From Octopus bimaculoides (lineage: Eukaryota): a stretch of DNA of 64,000 bases. This document shows, piece by piece, positions 53,486-64,000 of this stretch (position 1 is its first letter; every line of letters starts with the position of its first letter). The notes below the pieces were generated by a model that was not told where the DNA came from, ran no database searches, and saw nothing but the letters and a program-made list of their open reading frames with translations. The translations under genes were made by a program, and so were the position numbers. The stretch lies in the NCBI RefSeq assembly GCF_001194135.2, contig NC_068984.1, positions 72,602,639 through 72,666,638 on the forward strand. The letters are read 5' to 3'.

Positions 53486-53563
53486 TTTCCCGCTACATTT
53501 GTAGGCGCGATTTTGATTGGTTTAATTTCTGAAGCATGATTAGCATAAATTATCGTAAATTGG
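53486..53563 (-). promoter_or_regulatory. Geminin promoter: E2F site TTTCCCGC (53486-53493), E2F-like GGCGCGATTT (53504-53513), CCAAT boxes (ATTGG at 53516 and 53559)
   Basis: The motifs are seen directly ~100-170 nt upstream of the ATG. Vertebrate geminin is an established E2F target, and E2F plus NF-Y is the typical cell-cycle promoter architecture. Confidence 0.7.
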
Positions 53564-53769
53564 ATTGACAGTGAATAGTGGAATACGAAGTTTTGATACA
53601 AGTTGGCTCATGTGTTTACATATAAACACGTATCTATCTCTTTATCTATCTAATGCATATGGATATGATATATGTCTATATTTATAAAGTGAGAGAGAAA
53701 GCGCTATAATAACATACTCAGCATAACAACCCGTTATTAATTCAGGGCTAATTTAAACACACTCATACA

Positions 53770-53803
<34 letters not shown>

Positions 53804-55221
53804 GTATGTATATATTTATATTTCATGGATAAAATCTATCTATTTAGGATTGACAGTGCTATATAAATAGTTTTTATCAAACTCTTGACTACCTTCTATT
53901 TCTTCACATATACACATCAGCAGTTCTATGCAGCCGCTTAACTTTTAGAAACAACAGCTAAATCGCTCTTAAACCACTATTATTTCGTATTGCAAATTAT
54001 TACAAAATATTTATAAAGAACATATTAGATATTCTAGATACACATAGCCTGGAAATAATTACACAGGAAGCATGTCTTTGATAGGAATTCTTTTAAATAA
54101 AAATGAAAATAATACGAAAAAGAGAGGGGGGAAAAAAAAACATTTCTGTCAGTATATTGTAAATTATCAACTACAGTAAAGTCACATTCGTATTTTTCAT
54201 CGGCTTTTATTGTTGGAATTTAAACCCTTTTAACACCCTCTTTCTACCGAAGTACACTGCCTCTGTTTCAATTAATATTGTAAATAATGAAAATTTAAAC
54301 TATCATTATTAGCTGGTGTTTGGAACGTGAGTTTAAATATAATTTTGATGGCAGTTTTTAGTTTAGATCACTTTAAAACGAAGTTTGCATCATAGAATTA
54401 GGAGCAGACTTAGCAGGTTGTTAGTAGAAAATAAAGTAAGATTTCACTGCTATTTCTAGCATGTCCGACAGCTGAAAAATACTTTCTTTTAGTCTATTAA
54501 ACGGCTTTTTTTCTTCTTTTTTTTTCTGATGGTGATGAATTTTATCAAATAAATTCTGCTCCCCTAAAGCTGTTGAACCACAGTACTGACCAAAAGCGTA
54601 CTACGATCGAAATCGAAAACAACCACAGAAGTGTACTTGGTTTCTTTCAGAGGAAACTAATGCTGGCCTACACCGGCAATTAACGAGTAGGCATGATTTC
54701 AATCGTCTAAAGCATCTTCTTCGTGGAAGACACATTTATTCAACATTTAAGTCATTTGCACTTGTTTAGGCTTAGCGGATTTGTATACGGTCAGTTTTCT
54801 TTTTCTTTTGTTATAAAGGCGATCGAAACAAAAATAAAATAAGTACATGTTGTGTTTGATCGAAAGAGAGAGATAGAGAACAGAGAAGTTAATAAGCAAA
54901 ACAAGAAACAGGAAAAGAGAATAGAAACTGTATAGACAGGTAGTTAAGGAGAAGGAGAGGGATGAAGAAAGATACTGAATGAAAACTGTAAACCATAAAT
55001 ACATCTTGAAGCACTTTAACTTAACTTTTCTTGTTTGTTTTAGCAACGACAAAGGTCACTTCCGTTTTCTCACTCACCCTCGCGCTTCGATACATGTCAT
55101 CTTTATTTTTATTTTTGCTTTTTTTAATTTTTCTTTCATATTTTTTTGTATTTATTGATTATATTTTGGATTTTTATGAGATAAAATTTTCTCAATAGCA
55201 CTAAGAGTAAAAGATGTTTTA

Positions 55222-55428
55222 GGTACTACTAAAGCAGCGTGGTCCCGAACGCGCAGTCACGCGTCCGCGCTAGCTAGTCGTGATTGGTAGATCCTAACCC
55301 TAACCCTAAACACGTATTCATTTACGCGCGCACGCGCACTTTTTGTAGGATCGACCACTCACGACTAGCTAGCGCTGACGCGCAACTGCGTGACTGCGAG
55401 TTCGGGACCACGCTGCTTTAGTAGTACT
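55222..55428. mobile_element. 207-bp foldback MITE with 9-bp TSD (Mutator-like) and internal (CCCTAA)n
   Basis: Perfect TSD GATGTTTTA at 55213-55221 and 55429-55437; long TIRs GTACTACTAAAGCAGCGTGGTCCCGAAC...; CCTAACCCTAACCCTAA at 55293-55309. Confidence 0.9.
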
Positions 55429-56111
55429 GATGTTTTATATGACACATTCTACCAGTGTCCCAAGTTTGAAAGTGTTTCGTTAAGAAAACAAGAGGCGCCC
55501 GCCAAATCAGAAATGTACCCCACTGATTTTGTTTCCTCATAACTTCCACAAAAATGGTTACTTTTTAACGAAATTTTCTACAAATACGTTTCACATGGTG
55601 TAGAAGCCGCTTATATCTAAATATGTTGTGATAAAAACGTTTCGGGGAAGTTTGGACAAAAGATTTTTAAAATTCACAAGAGTCGACTTTCTTTCCTCAT
55701 GACTTTCGAAGAAAAGGAGTATTTTTAAATCAAAATATCTACAAATACCTTTCAGCGTGTCTAGAGTACGATTATATAAGAATTTAATATGGAAATACAA
55801 AGTGGTGGGATAGAACACATACATACTGACATACATCACATCTTTATATATATATACAGACATACATACATGCATAAAGCAATGCGTATACATATACAAA
55901 TGTTCCCCACCAACTTTGTTTCATTATATCTTCCAGAAGAATGAATATTTTTCAATTAGTCTTTTACAAATATGTTTAAGAGGGTTCAGATTCCGATTAT
56001 ATCTGAATTTGTTGCGAAAAATGTATTAAGGGTGTGTAGGGAGAGAAGATACAGAAAATTGATACAGGTCGGCTTTCAAGAATTCGCTTATTTCTTCCTT
56101 CCAAGCTACAG

Positions 56112-56325
56112 AATGGCAGTAACAGGAAAGTTACTTCTTCAAATGTAAATAAGTTTGTGAATAGCACAACTCATTTACAAAATAGTACATTCAAACCAGA
56201 GTGGGTGGAACTGTCAGATAGGTTGGGGCGGTTTTCAATTCGACTCTCTGAACTGAGTTCAATATCTACTGACATCAATTTTAACATTCAAGATTTCGGG
56301 ATTAGTCCAAGACGCTTGAATGAAG
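56112..56325 (+). CDS. Candidate coding exon of a gene divergent from geminin (NGSNRKVTSS...KPEWVELSDRLGRFSIRLSELSS...DFGISPRRLNE)
   Basis: Pyrimidine tract ttatttcttccttccaag|ctacag|, donor GAAG|gtatta, open frame extends to 56474; family not recognised. Confidence 0.35.
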
Positions 56326-57279
56326 GTATTATTAGAGTGTTGAATATTGAATCTACTCCCGAGAATTTATTAACCCCCTCAGCAGTAGATTGTCTTCATT
56401 TCATTGACCATGCCAAGTGTGTTCACGTATTAGTTATTTTACTACGTGTGATGTCAAGTGATCGCTCTACTTGAACCAGACTTTATAAATTGTTGCACGG
56501 GGTAGCGCAGAAACTATACTTGCGTCATCTAGCTAAACTGTTACACTTAATAACTGGAACTTAATGGTTGAAACAGTGTGACAATGATAATCAAGATGAA
56601 GCAATTAGTCCGAATATATTAGTGCGTAGTACTTATCTCTGGTTAAGATACAAGACCAGCAAAATCGTGAGATGTGGCCAGTCGACAGCACCGACCTAGT
56701 ACTTACTTGACTGACGCTTTATTATATCAACCCTGAGAATATTGAAAGCAAAGTTGACCTCGACAGGATTCGAATTCGGAAGGTAAAGAGCTTGAAGCAA
56801 TACCACAATTTAGTTTTCCGATGCTCTCACAATTCTGTCAGCTCAATGTCTTATAATAATCCTTTCTACATTAAGGCGCCGAGCTGGCAGAATGGTTAGC
56901 ACGCCCGGTTAAGATGCTTAGCGACAGTTCGTTCGTCTTTATGTTCTGATTTCAAATTTTGCGGACATCGATTTACCTTTCATCATTTCTAGGTCGATGA
57001 AATAAGTACAAATAAAGCATTGAGATCGGTGTTATAGACTTTACCCCGAAAGTGCTGCCAAAATTTGAAGCCAATAATCCCTGCTTCTAGTTACAAGGTC
57101 AATCATTTTAGAGGGAGGGGTCTAGTTGATTACATCGATACCAGTACTTGGCTCATACTTATTTTCTCGACATCGAAAGGATGAAAGGCAAAATCGACCT
57201 CGGCAGAATTTAAACTCAGCGTATAGCGAGGAAAAATGCTGTTAACCATTTTGTCTGACGCGATAACAATGATGAATCT

Positions 57280-57545
57280 TCATCATCATCGTTTAACGTC
57301 CGCTTTCCATGCTAGCATGGGTTGGACGATTTGACTGAGGACTGGTGAACCAGATGGCTACACTAGGCTCCAATCTGATTTGGCAGAGTTTCTACAGCTG
57401 GATGCCCTTCCTAACGCCAACCACTCAGAGAGTGTAGTGGGTGCTTTTACGTGCCACCGGCACGAAGGCCAGTCAGGATGTACTGGCAACGGCCACACTC
57501 GAAATGGTGTATTTTACGTGTCACCTGCACAGGAGCCAGTCCAGC
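57280..57545 (-). mobile_element. RTE 3'UTR tail copy (other copies ~17300-17460 -, 27080-27240 +, 28880-29035 +, 31490-31660 +, 38620-38800 +)
   Basis: Reverse complement of 48480-48680, nearly identical. Confidence 0.85.
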
Positions 57546-58800
57546 GGTACTCACCTTAGAAATTCAGATAAAATGTATCACAATTGTCTCGAGCATATGC
57601 CATACATTTTGGGGAAGGGTTAGTAATTCCATCAATCCCAACTAGTTCTTGACTACAACGTTTTTTTTTTATTGATGAATAATGAAAAGCAAACTCAATT
57701 TAAGCGAGGTTTGAACTTCACAATCAGGTTTCACCCGAGGCTAAGCAACGAAAGTTCGTTTTGTCTTTCTCGGTCGCGATTAAAATAACAGCTCAGGCAC
57801 CTACCACGGAGTTACTGAAAGATAGATGGAAGGATACTAAATTACTGCCTTAAGAAGAAAAATTGTTACTTTCCTAGACGAGTCTATCTTTGTCAGCTGA
57901 CAATGTGATGAAAATGAAAAAAATACTAATAAATCATTTTTGAAAAATATAAAAACAGAAACTCGAATGTAGATTTGATCATAAACGGCAAAGAAAATAA
58001 AAAAGTATTTCTGAATCAAATTTTCTCGTTAAGTCAGGTAATACAAATATTAAATAGCAACTGACATTAATGCGATAGACACCTTGAAGACAAACGCATC
58101 TTATCTCTTTACTTCTCAAGACGATGTCATCACAAAGTCTGTGTAAAGATGTATAAGTCTTAAAGAAGTTGTCAGAGAAACAATAAAAACGTTCTTCACG
58201 CGAAAATTTCATTGTATAACCATATTAACATACACACACACACTTCCTTCTCTCTCCCTCCCTCACTCCCCCCTCTCTCTATATATATATGTATGTATGT
58301 ATGCACACACTTTTATTTACATGAGTCATCTGAATGTTGCCATATAACGAATAGAGAAGTTAACTTATATAAGGATGCAAATCAATGCACCAATTTATAA
58401 CTTGATTGTCGAGGTTATAAGAATTATTAACGTGGAGAGAACGTGAAATAATCCTCCTTTGTAACATATCTTAAAGCAGATTGATTTAAAGAATAGCGTG
58501 TAAATCGTCAACAAAGCCCTTCGGATAGAAAGAAAAAAAAGACGAAGGATAATTGTGAGACTTGGACTTACATCTCCTCTAAAGCAATCCCTCGAATTTC
58601 TGTATGTGTTCTACAAACCTCATACTTACCAGCGAGAACTCCTTGTTGCTGACGTCGAAATTCTTAAACTTCGAGAGAACGTGAAATAATAATTTTTGCA
58701 ATAGTGATTCTCGAAGCAAATACACGTATAAATGGAGAAATTCAATAGATGGCCTTGGTCCACTGGTAGTATGCATATACGTATATCCCAAGGCAAATAT

Positions 58801-58801
<1 letters not shown>

Positions 58802-58884
<83 letters not shown>
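58802..58884. repeat. (CA)n microsatellite (many similar CA/TA/GA tracts throughout the window)
   Basis: Seen directly. Confidence 0.95.
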
Positions 58885-58893
<9 letters not shown>

Positions 58894-58906
58894 AATATAT
58901 ATATAG

Positions 58907-58941
58907 GAGAGGTTTTGGTGTCCAGAAAACTCAATAGGCAG
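58907..58941 (+). CDS. Candidate 35-nt exon (GEVLVSRKLNRQ), phase-compatible with 56112-56325
   Basis: Perfect donor CAG|gtaagt; acceptor tatatatag|. Confidence 0.28.
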
Positions 58942-59018
58942 GTAAGTGCTACGGAAGGTTCGATAACAGTATGACTGAGGAGTCTAATGAGGGGCGTGTA
59001 CATGTTAAAATCTGACAA

Positions 59019-59422
59019 GAAAGCCAAGGCAGCGTGAGATTTCTAAGACATTTATAAAAAGAAAGGTAGTCTTACAGCTGTTTCAGGGATTTAAGATATA
59101 TCCCATCATCAGAGACGATATAAGAGAGTTAAATATAAGGAAATAGTAGAGTTCAATATAAGATGTTAGTTTGGAAAGGGGGAGATATAGGAAGTATAAA
59201 GGGAAAAATGAGTATAGAATAATTTTATTCTTATATTTCTCTTTATACTTCCTATATTTCCCCCTTCCAGAATAACTTCTAATATTGAACTCTCCTATTT
59301 CCTTATATTTAGCTCCCTCGTATCGTCTCCAATGATGAGATATCCCTTGCATCTCAGAAGCAGGTGTAAGACTACCTTTTTCTTTATAAATGTCCAAGAA
59401 ATCTCGCACTGCCTTGACTTTG
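59019..59422. repeat. ~400-bp imperfect palindrome (foldback), centre ~59222
   Basis: 59019-59220 aligns by eye over its whole length with the reverse complement of 59225-59422, with scattered mismatches. Confidence 0.9.
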
Positions 59423-59483
59423 TTGTCTTTGTGGTCAATGTGAAAATCTCGCATGTTTAAAGATGATTTAAGAACGTGAACTA

Positions 59484-59620
59484 TTAGGTTGAGGAAAACG
59501 TTCCTGCGCCGTGAGTCACCATTGAACATGGCACGAAGTGAATGAACAAACACACCATAAAAATATATTTTAAAAAAAGCATTATTTTGACGCTGCGCAC
59601 GAACTTTTTCCTCAACCTAA
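59484..59620. mobile_element. 137-bp mariner-type MITE
   Basis: TA TSD; TIRs TTAGGTTGAGGAAAA(C/A)GTTC, similar in style to Hsmar1/MADE1 ends. Confidence 0.85.
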
Positions 59621-60584
59621 TATTTTATGATTGGAATAACGGTTAGAATAATGCATATACTCACAAGCTGATACTGGAATGAAAGCGGTTATTTAAGCTA
59701 TTGTTAACGGTATAGAAATATTTTCGGTTTCTAAAATTATACAACTTATATTTTCTGTGAACATAGTTTGCATTCTTTCTTAAATTCTTAAACGGCAATC
59801 AAGTAAATGGGGTACTAGGAAAAGAAAAAAACAAAACAAAAAAAAACGAAGCATGTACACACACACACACACACGCACACACACACACACATAGATATAT
59901 GCATATATGTATATATAAATATCTAAATACTCATACACTCAGAGGAAAGGGTATATTTGATTCTGAACATATAAAAGTTGATGCTTGAGTTTGTCAATAT
60001 AAATATATAATTGTATGTGTTCATGTATGTGTGTTGAAGTGTATATTTGTATATATGCATGTATATTTGAAAACGTTACTTTTTCAGTGTATGTGTACAA
60101 ATATGTCTGTCTGTGTGTATGTATGTGTGTGTTTGTGTGTGTGTATTATTCATATTTATTTGATACATCAGCACATAAACAATTTTCAAAGACGATATTT
60201 ATATATCAAAACGATATGTGTTTATCAGGAAATATCATTTGTTATTCACAGAACTTAAGCGTGACACATTTTTTTGCCTATGAAATCATTTATTTACAAA
60301 ATTTAATATAATATAAAGTACGTATGCATATGCACACATATGTGTGTGTGTGCGCGCGAAGTATACATATCCCCCATCTACACACACACACACACACACA
60401 TAAGTACATATGCATATATAATACATATGTACGTACGTAAGTACACACACACTTTTATGCGTATGTACATATATATATATATATGTGCTTGTGTATGAGT
60501 GAGTGTGTGCGCGTGTATAAACACACACATAAATACATATATATACATCTATCTATCTATCTATATATTTATATATATATATAT

Positions 60585-61469
60585 NNNNNNNNNNNNNNNN
60601 NNNNNNNNNNNNNNNNNNNNNNNNNNNNNNNNNNNNNNNNNNNNNNNNNNNNNNNNNNNNNNNNNNNNNNNNNNNNNNNNNNNNNNNNNNNNNNNNNNNN
60701 NNNNNNNNNNNNNNNNNNNNNNNNNNNNNNNNNNNNNNNNNNNNNNNNNNNNNNNNNNNNNNNNNNNNNNNNNNNNNNNNNNNNNNNNNNNNNNNNNNNN
60801 NNNNNNNNNNNNNNNNNNNNNNNNNNNNNNNNNNNNNNNNNNNNNNNNNNNNNNNNNNNNNNNNNNNNNNNNNNNNNNNNNNNNNNNNNNNNNNNNNNNN
60901 NNNNNNNNNNNNNNNNNNNNNNNNNNNNNNNNNNNNNNNNNNNNNNNNNNNNNNNNNNNNNNNNNNNNNNNNNNNNNNNNNNNNNNNNNNNNNNNNNNNN
61001 NNNNNNNNNNNNNNNNNNNNNNNNNNNNNNNNNNNNNNNNNNNNNNNNNNNNNNNNNNNNNNNNNNNNNNNNNNNNNNNNNNNNNNNNNNNNNNNNNNNN
61101 NNNNNNNNNNNNNNNNNNNNNNNNNNNNNNNNNNNNNNNNNNNNNNNNNNNNNNNNNNNNNNNNNNNNNNNNNNNNNNNNNNNNNNNNNNNNNNNNNNNN
61201 NNNNNNNNNNNNNNNNNNNNNNNNNNNNNNNNNNNNNNNNNNNNNNNNNNNNNNNNNNNNNNNNNNNNNNNNNNNNNNNNNNNNNNNNNNNNNNNNNNNN
61301 NNNNNNNNNNNNNNNNNNNNNNNNNNNNNNNNNNNNNNNNNNNNNNNNNNNNNNNNNNNNNNNNNNNNNNNNNNNNNNNNNNNNNNNNNNNNNNNNNNNN
61401 NNNNNNNNNNNNNNNNNNNNNNNNNNNNNNNNNNNNNNNNNNNNNNNNNNNNNNNNNNNNNNNNNNNNN
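60585..61469. other. Assembly gap (N). Others: 39-394, 2286-2658, 4577-4586, 5386-5645, 12778-13168, 17712-17721, 20095-20451, 30204-30213, 41456-41465, 62352-62636
   Basis: N runs, nearly all bordered by microsatellites. Confidence 1.
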
Positions 61470-61830
61470 CGAATTTCACAGATAATGACATAATTACCTC
61501 GTGCTACGGATGAAAGCAAAGCAACAGTTAAGGAGTGGCATATTTTACCACGACAGACACGTACACAGCATCGAATACCACGATGTCAGTGAAAGCTGCT
61601 TTCACTGTATTGTCCGGTGTCTGGTAATCCCTTCGATACCGACATCAAACCAAAAAAAGAATCCTGACCACAGAGTGTGGGTAATTATGTCAAATGTTAC
61701 TGGCAATGTGCATTCAGCTGATTGCAACTGTTAAAGCAAGTCACTGAGCATGCGTACATGTCATACGGGAGAGTTCCAATCAGGGGTGGATAACACCTTA
61801 TAGGAAAGCCCTATAACCTGAACCTTCGAA
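61470..61830 (+). pseudogene. Decayed SWIM-zinc-finger protein fragment, probably transposon-derived (Kolobok-type accessory nuclease or MULE)
   Basis: ..NYLV..MKAKQ..SG..Y...V.....C.VRC.V.PS......HRVWVIMSNVTGNVHSADCNC-(frameshift)-KASH*ACVH gives a CxC..CxH motif. Confidence 0.6.
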
Positions 61831-62049
61831 ATAATTTAGCTCTTTTTCCTTCAAATTTATATAAACATGTTATCTTTTTAAAAAGCATTATGTGATCCTT
61901 AAGAGGCACAATGTTCACTCACAAATACGCATATAAACAGTCAACACCACACATACAACACACACACATGCTATCGTGCTATTACACACCAACACACACA
62001 CACATACACTTGCGCGCACGCACGTAGCCGCGCATGCACACTGATACCT

Positions 62050-62310
62050 CCTTCTCTTACACTCTCCTGTTGTAGAAGGAACTTTTTCTTCACCTATTCC
62101 TTTCCGGTCATTTCAAAATGTAATACATGTGGATCGTTGGCGATTTTCTTCCCTCCGTCTTCCTTTTCTCTTGGAATTTTCTCTGTCTCCTGTTTCTGAA
62201 GAAGAGATTTGCTCGAAACGTAAACCTACCTTTCTTTTCTCCTCTTGGCGTCTGGTAATACTTTGCATGTATCACGTCCACGCGTTGTTATTTTTTTCTT
62301 GCGTCTTTTC
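62050..62310 (+). mobile_element. Penelope-like terminal-repeat remnant containing a minimal hammerhead-like motif
   Basis: Pyrimidine-rich tract with CTGAAGA-A-GAG-ATTTG-CTC-GAAACGT at 62196-62221. Confidence 0.55.
62192..62225 (+). ncRNA. Minimal type-I hammerhead ribozyme-like motif (probably degenerate)
   Basis: CUGAAGA core, GAG/CUC stem II, GAAA, palindromic ACGU stem III; GUUU/AAAC stem I is out of register by one base. Confidence 0.45.
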
Positions 62311-62644
62311 TTCGGTTTCTTTTTTGGGAGATTAATTATATATATATATATNNNNNNNNNNNNNNNNNNNNNNNNNNNNNNNNNNNNNNNNNNNNNNNNN
62401 NNNNNNNNNNNNNNNNNNNNNNNNNNNNNNNNNNNNNNNNNNNNNNNNNNNNNNNNNNNNNNNNNNNNNNNNNNNNNNNNNNNNNNNNNNNNNNNNNNNN
62501 NNNNNNNNNNNNNNNNNNNNNNNNNNNNNNNNNNNNNNNNNNNNNNNNNNNNNNNNNNNNNNNNNNNNNNNNNNNNNNNNNNNNNNNNNNNNNNNNNNNN
62601 NNNNNNNNNNNNNNNNNNNNNNNNNNNNNNNNNNNNATATAGAC

Positions 62645-63035
62645 GTAGGAGTGGCTGTGTGGTAAGTAGCTTGCTTACCAACCACAAGGTTCCTGGTTCA
62701 GTCCCACTGCGTGGCATCTTGGGCAAGTGTCATCTACTATAGCCTCGGGCCGACCAAAGCCTTGTGAGTGGATTTGGTTGACGGAAACTGAAAGAAGCCC
62801 GTCGTATATATGTATATATATGTATGTGTGTATGTGTTGTGTCTGTGGGTGTCCCCCCAGCATCGCTTGACAACCGATGCTGGTGTGTTTACGTCCCGGT
62901 AACTTAGCGGTTCGGCAAAAAAGACCGATAGAATAAGTACTAGGCTTACAAAGAATAAATTCTGGGGTCGATTTGCTCGACTAAAGGCGGTGCTCCAGCA
63001 TGGCCACAGTCAAAAGACCGAAACAAGCAAAAGAG
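62645..63035 (+). mobile_element. tRNA-derived CORE-type SINE (GGAGTGGCTGTGTGGTAAG...CTTGGGCAAGTG...)
   Basis: A/B-box-like head plus CORE-like CTTGGGCAAG. Copies at ~19290-19680 -, 20828-20990 +, 22385-22725 +, 23160-23540 -, 25705-26060 +, 30340-30525 -, 37120-37475 +, 39250-39530 +, 47005-47368 -. Confidence 0.85.
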
Positions 63036-63104
63036 TAAAAAAGAATAAAAGAGTATATATATATAGATATATATATGTTTGTGTGTGTGTGTGTGTGTGT
63101 GTGT

Positions 63105-63405
63105 GGAAGGCGCAATGGACCAGTGGTTAGGGTAGTGGACTCGCGGTCGGAGGATCGTGGTTTCGATTCCCAGACCGGGCGTTGTGAGTGCTTATTGATC
63201 GAAAACACCTAAACTCCACAAGGGTCCGGCAAGGGGTGGTGGTGACCCCTGTTGTACTCTTTCGCCCCAACTTTCTCTCACTCTTTCTTCCTGTTTCTTG
63301 AGTAACGCTGCGATGGACTGGCGTCCCGTCCAGTTAGGTGGTGGGGGACGCCATAGAAACCGGGAAACCGGGCCCACGAGCCTGGCTAAGCATTGAAAGG
63401 GCGAC
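63105..63405 (+). mobile_element. tRNA-derived SINE with V/Meta-SINE-like central domain
   Basis: Head ggcgcaatggaccagtggttagg...ggtttcgattccc; body gctgcgatggactggcgtcccgtccag. Confidence 0.65.
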
Positions 63406-63763
63406 GAAATCATAAAATCATATTTTATTTCACCTATAACTGATTGGTCAAGAACTCACGAACAGTTTATCACAGAATAAAACCCTCCAATGTAAAACAT
63501 CTTATGAAACTGATTTTTTTTTCCTGCGCAAGGCACTTGATGCAAACCTTTTTAGGAGGGATAGAGAAGTTTAACTGAGATATCATTGTCAATTAAAGTT
63601 TGGTGACTGTTCAACGTGTGGGAGTAGATAATATTGCAGGCACTGACTTGTTCAAAGAGGCTATGTCAGGGCTCTTAGAGTAAAGAGCTTAAGTTAAGTC
63701 TGAGAGAGAATAAGTATGTAATCCATAACCGTTAGTCTGGCAAAACATTTTATTTCGCCTTAG

Positions 63764-63808
63764 GCTGGGGCTCATTGGTCACACCAGGATGATACTTTCC
63801 CCTATTAG
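63764..63808 (+). CDS. Candidate terminal exon (AGAHWSHQDDTFPY*)
   Basis: Strong acceptor ttttatttcgccttag|, phase 0; otherwise unsupported. Confidence 0.17.
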   Translation, partial: AGAHWSHQDDTFPY

Positions 63809-64000
63809 GAACTTCCGTTTTTATTATTTTATTTTAGTTAATTGTTTCTCTTTCATTGTGTTCATGTGTATATGTAAATAACCACTGACCATTTCGTCTT
63901 TGTATTTTTCTAAATATTTTTGGGGCGGCCCTCGTGGCTAACAAAGAAAGTATTATAATCATTGATATTAACGAAAATGACGAGTTGGCGGATCTGTTAT

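Larger units (their letters stand above)
30644..53500 (-). other. GMNN: Geminin gene locus (6 coding exons, 181 aa: MGKKCQLS|NKRDSLQELQPCATVGSTHLVGKSGLIPTK|SGKSK...NELMCET|NIPETYWKDYSEQQRQALAETLEENKA|LTFENDMLKHENETLSELASKAEDFANLVQ|SAIGE...SQSL*)
   Basis: Six GT-AG-bounded exons join in phase (0,0,1,0,0) into a stop-free 546-nt CDS. The motifs RxxL..Q..A....LVG and ELM..N.P..YWK....RQAL...LEEN match the geminin family. The 5' end of the transcript is approximate. Confidence 0.9.

Noticed and set aside
57820-58720. Possible decayed gag-like sequence and an 18-bp direct repeat (gagagaacgtgaaataat)
   Set aside because: Too degenerate to assign; no LTR or motif support.
61587-61607. 21-bp hairpin CAGTGAAAGC-T-GCTTTCACTG
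   Set aside because: Short, inside a coding remnant, and compatible with chance in 64 kb.
1-64000. Most entries in the ORF track (poly-X, HTHT, CVCV, YIYI, ERKK peptides)
   Set aside because: They are translations of N gaps and microsatellites.

Overview
AT-rich, microsatellite- and SINE-dense animal genomic DNA with many N gaps. The repeat families look cephalopod (octopus-like); this is inference and was not checked against a database. Main result: a complete, manually reconstructed 6-exon geminin (GMNN) gene on the minus strand. CDS exons are 53368-53391, 50470-50559, 39618-39792, 36858-36940, 32376-32465 and 30703-30786 (546 nt, 181 aa, all splice phases compatible). It has an RxxL destruction box, the YWK...AL...EEN coiled coil, and an E2F/CCAAT promoter. 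The gene lies in a CpG-depleted block (~22-51.5 kb) suggesting gene-body methylation, and its intron 2 holds a 3.6 kb decayed hAT transposon. The most interesting leads are at the splicing level: an in-frame tandem acceptor that would remove exactly the destruction box, two further possible routes to D-box-less geminin, and duplicated AG|GTATGT recursive-splice-like sites with a poison exon. The flanks carry candidate exons of two unidentified genes, several MITEs (one with a 9-bp TSD and internal telomeric repeats), a 400-bp foldback, Penelope remnants with a hammerhead-like motif, and a SWIM-finger transposon remnant. No tRNA, rRNA or CRISPR features were found.
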